This document shows, one piece after another, positions 60,124 to 64,000 of a stretch of 64,000 nt of DNA. Each line of letters starts with the position of its first letter. The first letter of the stretch is position 1. The DNA comes from an uncultured Oleiphilus sp. (GTDB taxonomy: Bacteria > Pseudomonadota > Gammaproteobacteria > Pseudomonadales > Oleiphilaceae): assembly GCA_913020495.1 (NCBI GenBank), contig CAJWBJ010000005.1, positions 1,731 through 65,730 on the forward strand, read 5' to 3'. A model generated the notes under the pieces. That model ran no database searches. It worked only from the letters and a program-made list of their open reading frames with translations, and had not been told where the DNA came from. The translations under genes were made by a program, and so were the position numbers.

Positions 60124-61572
60124 TCAGTCTACTGTGATAATACCAAGTTTTTTCATTTTTGAACGTAAGGTGCTGGGCGGAAGATCAAGAATGCGGGCAG
60201 CTCCTTCTTTTCCCGCAATAGTGCCGTTAACGGATATCAATACTTTCTTTATGTAACTCTTTTCAGCCTCATGCAAACTCAGTAACGGTTTGCTGTTAAC
60301 TGCTTTTTGTTGTCTGCTATTGGGCAAGTCCAATATATTTAATGTCGGTGGAGAACCGACAATAGCAGCGCGTTCTAGTACATTTTGTAGCTCTCTGATA
60401 TTGCCTGGCCAGTTGTAGTGGAGCAGGGCGTGCATGCCCTTATCTGATACACCGGTAAATTGCTTGCCAAGCCGAAGATTTAAACGGTCAAGAATGTGCT
60501 TTACCAATAAAGGAATGTCTTCTTTCCGCTGCCTTAGACTGACAGCTTGTATGGGAAAAACACTGAGGCGATAGAAGAGATCACTGCGAAAGGCACCTTG
60601 ATCGACCATGCTCTGCATATTTCGATTGGTTGCAGCAATGATACGCACGTCGACATTGAGCGTCTGGTTGCTGCCCAAGCGTTCCAACTCGCCTTCTTGG
60701 ATGACACGAAGGAGCTTAACTTGAATGTCGACCGGTAATTCACCGACTTCATCTAGAAATAGGGTGCCTCCATCGGCCAGTTCGAAGCGTCCGATCCGCC
60801 TTTGTAATGCGCCTGTAAATGAGCCTTTTTCATGACCAAATAATTCGCTTTCGACCAAACTCGGAGATATTGCACCACAATTAACTTTCACTAAAGGACG
60901 ATCACGTCTTCGACTGGCGCTATGAATAGAGCGGGCAATAAGTTCTTTGCCAGTTCCGCTTTCACCTTGAATTAACACGCTCGCATCGGTCGGAGCGACG
61001 TGTTCGATCTGGGTTAAAATCTGATTCAATGCGGGCCCTTCACCAATAATGCGTGAAAAATTATGTTGCGACTGGATTTCATCCATTAGGTAACGGTTAT
61101 CTGCTTGTAGTTGTTCTTTTAACTCTTCAACTTGTTTAAGTGCAGATTCAAGTTGTCGTTCAGATTTTTTTCTTTCGGAGATATCCTTAAATACGATGAC
61201 TGCTCCGACGATTTCGTGGTCTTTCTCTATCGCGGTAGCAATATATTCTACTGGAAAACAAGTACCGTCTTTACGCCAAAACACCTCAGTGCCCACTTCG
61301 CGTTGCCGACCATCCCTAACTGTTTTATAGACAGGGCAGTCATGGACAGGGTAACTGGTACCATCTTCATGTGAATGGTGATGAAATTCATGTACCACTT
61401 TCCCGATCAGGTCCTGCTCCGACCAACCTGTCATTTTCTCCGCTGCCGGGTTGACGAAAGTGGTGTTGCCCTCTTTATCCAGGCCATATACGCCTTCACC
61501 GATTGACTTCAAAATCAGCTCATACCGGAGCTTCAAATTGTCATTTTCGATTTTGGTTGTAATGATCGGCAT
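60124..61572 (-). CDS. sigma-54-dependent transcriptional activator with N-terminal PAS domain
   Basis: PAS (GEGVYGLDKEGNTTFVNPAAEKMTGW), AAA+ (GESGTGKE, GSFTGA, GTLFLDEVGE, FRSDLFYRL), and Fis HTH (AARILDLPPSTLRSKMKKLGI). The ATG at 61572 is preferred over the track start at 61686. Confidence 0.88.
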   Translation of the reverse strand: MPIITTKIENDNLKLRYELILKSIGEGVYGLDKEGNTTFVNPAAEKMTGWSEQDLIGKVVHEFHHHSHEDGTSYPVHDCPVYKTVRDGRQREVGTEVFWRKDGTCFPVEYIATAIEKDHEIVGAVIVFKDISERKKSERQLESALKQVEELKEQLQADNRYLMDEIQSQHNFSRIIGEGPALNQILTQIEHVAPTDASVLIQGESGTGKELIARSIHSASRRRDRPLVKVNCGAISPSLVESELFGHEKGSFTGALQRRIGRFELADGGTLFLDEVGELPVDIQVKLLRVIQEGELERLGSNQTLNVDVRIIAATNRNMQSMVDQGAFRSDLFYRLSVFPIQAVSLRQRKEDIPLLVKHILDRLNLRLGKQFTGVSDKGMHALLHYNWPGNIRELQNVLERAAIVGSPPTLNILDLPNSRQQKAVNSKPLLSLHEAEKSYIKKVLISVNGTIAGKEGAARILDLPPSTLRSKMKKLGIITVD

Positions 61573-61898
61573 ACAGAGACCTTCTTGGATAAATCGGACG
61601 ATTTTTTTAGTTTCAGGGTTTAATAAACAATTGCGCCCCCTGTCGAGAATAGTAATGGTCGTCGTTAATTTTCGCAATCGATGCAATAAATAAAGCTTTA
61701 ATATTGTGCCTTCTACTCATCACACGCAGCTTTTTTAAATTATCACTCAGCTATTTGGTTTTAATTGATGGTCTGTTGAGTATGAATTAGGCAAGAACTT
61801 AATGAAATGGTTGAATGTTGTTAGTCCTAAACTATAGTTAGTACAACAAGTTTACGTGATGCTTCTATCCAAGCCCTAAAATATTAAAGAGTGGTATT

Positions 61899-63296
61899 AT
61901 GAAAAATTCACTGAGTTTAAGGTTCAATCTATTAACAAGTTTACTTGTTGTAGTTTTACTCGTCGCCTTTGGCGCTTACAATCAAGTTCAAACTCGTGAT
62001 TCCCTTACAAAAGGTCTGGATAAACAAATTGAAGGCGCGGTTAATCGCTTATCACAAAGTCTTCCTGCAACACTATGGAATTATGAAACAGAACAAATGC
62101 TGAGAGTTATCCTTTCTGAAGTGTCTGCGCAAGAAGTGCATGGGATTTTTTTGTATGATAAAGAAAGTTTTGTTTTAGGACGCATAACAAATGAACAAGG
62201 TGAAATAGTTGAATCAGAAACCATTCCTGAAGCAGTGTTACTACAAGAAGTAGAATTAACGTTTATGGAGTCAGAAGAAGTAAATATTGTTGGACGTTTT
62301 ATCATAGTGGTCGATGAAAGTGCAATTGATGACTTACTCAATGAATCTTTAATACGCTCAATCACCCAAATTATTCTTATGGTTCTGATCTTGGTATTCG
62401 TTTTAACGGTACTTTTAAAGCGAATCGTAGTAGCCCCTTTAAATGACGTTGGTAAATCTTTATCAAACATTGCAGAAGGTGATCTTTCTGCTTCTTTCAA
62501 TATAACCAGAAAGGATGAGTTAGGGGTTTTGCTTGGTAATATTAAAAGCATGCAAGAAAAATTGGTCGAAGTAGTACAGAGTATAAAGCTTAATTCTGAT
62601 CAAATATCATCTGCCGCTGCTCAGGTAAATGACACAGCTAACCAACTCAGCAGCGGCGCAAGTGAACAAGCTGCTAGCGTTGAGCAAACAAATTCAGCTG
62701 TAGCAGAAATGGGATCATCCATAAATCAAAACAATAAAAATGCACAAACAACCGACAATATTGCCAGTGAGTCTGCTTTAGCTGCCACAGAAGGTGGAGA
62801 AGCTGTTTCCGGAACAGTAAAGGCGATGAATCAAATAGCTGAAAAAATCACAATTATTGAAGATATAGCGTATCAAACCAATATGCTGGCACTCAACGCA
62901 GCAATTGAAGCCGCTAGAGCAGGAAGCCATGGTAAAGGATTCGCGGTGGTTGCTTCTGAAGTTAGGAAGCTAGCTGAACGCAGTCAAACTGCGGCATCTG
63001 AAATAGGTTCGTTAACCGGTGATAGCGTACAGGTAGCTGAGTCAGCTGGCCAATTACTTGAAAAAATGGTGCCCGACATAAAAAATACTGCTGAACTCGT
63101 TCAGGAAATAAGTGCTACCTCAGAAGAGCAGTCACACAGTGTCGGTGAAGTTTTAAACGCAATACAGCAGCTTAAAATAATCGCTGAGCAAAATGCTTCG
63201 GGTTCTGAGCAACTTGCTGCTACATCAGAAGAGTTGCAAGGGCGATCTACAAACCTACAGCAAGTTATTTCATTTTTTCGACTGACAGAAAAATAA
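61899..63296 (+). CDS. methyl-accepting chemotaxis protein
   Basis: 465 aa. N-terminal TM, periplasmic domain, second TM, HAMP, and the signalling hairpin [42 protein letters not shown]. Confidence 0.9.
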   Translation: MKNSLSLRFNLLTSLLVVVLLVAFGAYNQVQTRDSLTKGLDKQIEGAVNRLSQSLPATLWNYETEQMLRVILSEVSAQEVHGIFLYDKESFVLGRITNEQGEIVESETIPEAVLLQEVELTFMESEEVNIVGRFIIVVDESAIDDLLNESLIRSITQIILMVLILVFVLTVLLKRIVVAPLNDVGKSLSNIAEGDLSASFNITRKDELGVLLGNIKSMQEKLVEVVQSIKLNSDQISSAAAQVNDTANQLSSGASEQAASVEQTNSAVAEMGSSINQNNKNAQTTDNIASESALAATEGGEAVSGTVKAMNQIAEKITIIEDIAYQTNMLALNAAIEAARAGSHGKGFAVVASEVRKLAERSQTAASEIGSLTGDSVQVAESAGQLLEKMVPDIKNTAELVQEISATSEEQSHSVGEVLNAIQQLKIIAEQNASGSEQLAATSEELQGRSTNLQQVISFFRLTEK

Positions 63297-63342
63297 AGCA
63301 ATATGTTTACTTCATAGCAATATAATATAAGAGTGTATTAAT

Positions 63343-64000
63343 GTGCTAAAGAGTGCCGAAAAGAAAATACCGCTATCATTTTTGCACACTTATTTTTTCG
63401 CTTGTATTTTTTTTATTTTAAGTTTCTGCCTACCCTTTCCCGCAGAAGCTGAAATACATGAAGACTCAATAACAGTTAAACATCTGCGTGATAATTTAGC
63501 CCTGACAAAAGAAGAACAAGAATGGCTTAGTAAGCACTCAAACATAAAGATAGGTATCGATGCTGGCTATCCACCTTATAGCTTCTTAGATAAAAACAAA
63601 AAATTTATCGGTGTTGCTCCTGACTTCATTTCTATACTAGCCAAAGGTCTTGGAATAAACTTTGAGCCAGTACCCGATTTAAGTTGGCCACAAATCTTAC
63701 AGAACGCTAAAGATAAAGAGCTTGATGTGGTTGCGACCGCAGTCATCACGCCGGAGCGCTTAGAATTTTTAAACTTTAGCCAAGTGTATATTCCAACGCC
63801 TTTAGTAATCATGACACGTCATGATAGAGAAAATACAATATCATCAGCTGATGACCTAGCCGGTAAAACTGTTGCTTTAGTTAAAGGTTATTCATCGAGT
63901 AAGCGCGTTCTTCAGGAACACCCTGGCATCCTCCAACACCTAGTTGATTCCCCGCTTGAAGGATTACAAGCAGTTGCAGCCGGTGAAGCGCAGGCCTATG
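63343..64000 (+). CDS. partial: N-terminal periplasmic family-3 binding domain of a sensor protein (kinase or cyclase), truncated by the window end
   Basis: GTG start after an in-frame TAA at 63328. Signal/TM segment, then LTKEEQEWLSKHSNIKIGIDAGYPPYSF and GKTVALVKGYS, which are typical of PBPb-sensor N-termini. The frame is open to 64000. Confidence 0.6.
   Translation, partial: MLKSAEKKIPLSFLHTYFFACIFFILSFCLPFPAEAEIHEDSITVKHLRDNLALTKEEQEWLSKHSNIKIGIDAGYPPYSFLDKNKKFIGVAPDFISILAKGLGINFEPVPDLSWPQILQNAKDKELDVVATAVITPERLEFLNFSQVYIPTPLVIMTRHDRENTISSADDLAGKTVALVKGYSSSKRVLQEHPGILQHLVDSPLEGLQAVAAGEAQAY

Noticed and set aside
61573-61686. 38-aa N-terminal extension of the sigma-54 activator in the ORF track
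   Set aside because: The extension (MHRLRKLTTTITILDRGRNC...) has no domain. The ATG at 61572 has an AAGAAGG RBS-like sequence upstream and starts directly before the PAS domain. The longer form cannot be excluded without TSS data.
62081-62551. 156-aa ORF antisense to the MCP gene
   Set aside because: The sense strand has unmistakable HAMP and MCP signalling motifs. The antisense product is low-complexity and lacks a start context.
1-64000. Looked for mobile elements, prophage, defence islands, toxin-antitoxin pairs, retrons, tRNA/rRNA/tmRNA and CRISPR across the whole window
   Set aside because: No integrase, transposase, recombinase, reverse transcriptase, restriction/modification, cas or phage structural motifs were recognised. 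No tRNA-like cloverleaf or terminal inverted repeats were seen by eye. Small or highly diverged elements could still be missed without computational scans.

Overview
This is 64 kb of AT-rich chromosomal DNA. Judging only from protein families (no search was possible), it is most consistent with a marine gammaproteobacterium of the Alteromonadales type. I support 58 protein-coding genes, one of which runs off the 3-prime end and one of which is a 59-aa ORF below the track cutoff. I found no rRNA, tRNA, CRISPR array, integrase, transposase, phage or plasmid genes. Housekeeping anchors are rsuA, ynfA, rmf, rsgA, a gap-pykA operon and a thiolase. The rest is regulator- and envelope-rich accessory-like content: four AraC, one LysR and one MarR regulator, one sigma-54 activator, two response regulators, an HD-GYP protein and an MCP. 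It also includes several orphan periplasmic binding proteins, EamA transporters, hydrolases and many small membrane proteins of unknown function. The three items most worth a second look are as follows. (1) A PAS/sigma-54 activator is followed by three GATATAT palindromes and an exact TGGCAC-N5-TTGC promoter. That promoter drives a translationally coupled operon of siroheme sulfite/nitrite reductase, DUF934, a CcoG/FixG-like membrane polyferredoxin and an EamA transporter. I do not recognise this gene combination as a described system. (2) A 7TM-sensor kinase/LuxR two-component pair lies divergent from a 1508-aa surface lipoprotein (five ~110-aa tandem modules plus twelve propeller blades), with two perfect palindromes in the intergenic region. 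(3) An attenuator-like set of mutually exclusive hairpins lies in the rsgA leader. All functional calls rest on motifs recognised by eye, and none was verified by database search.
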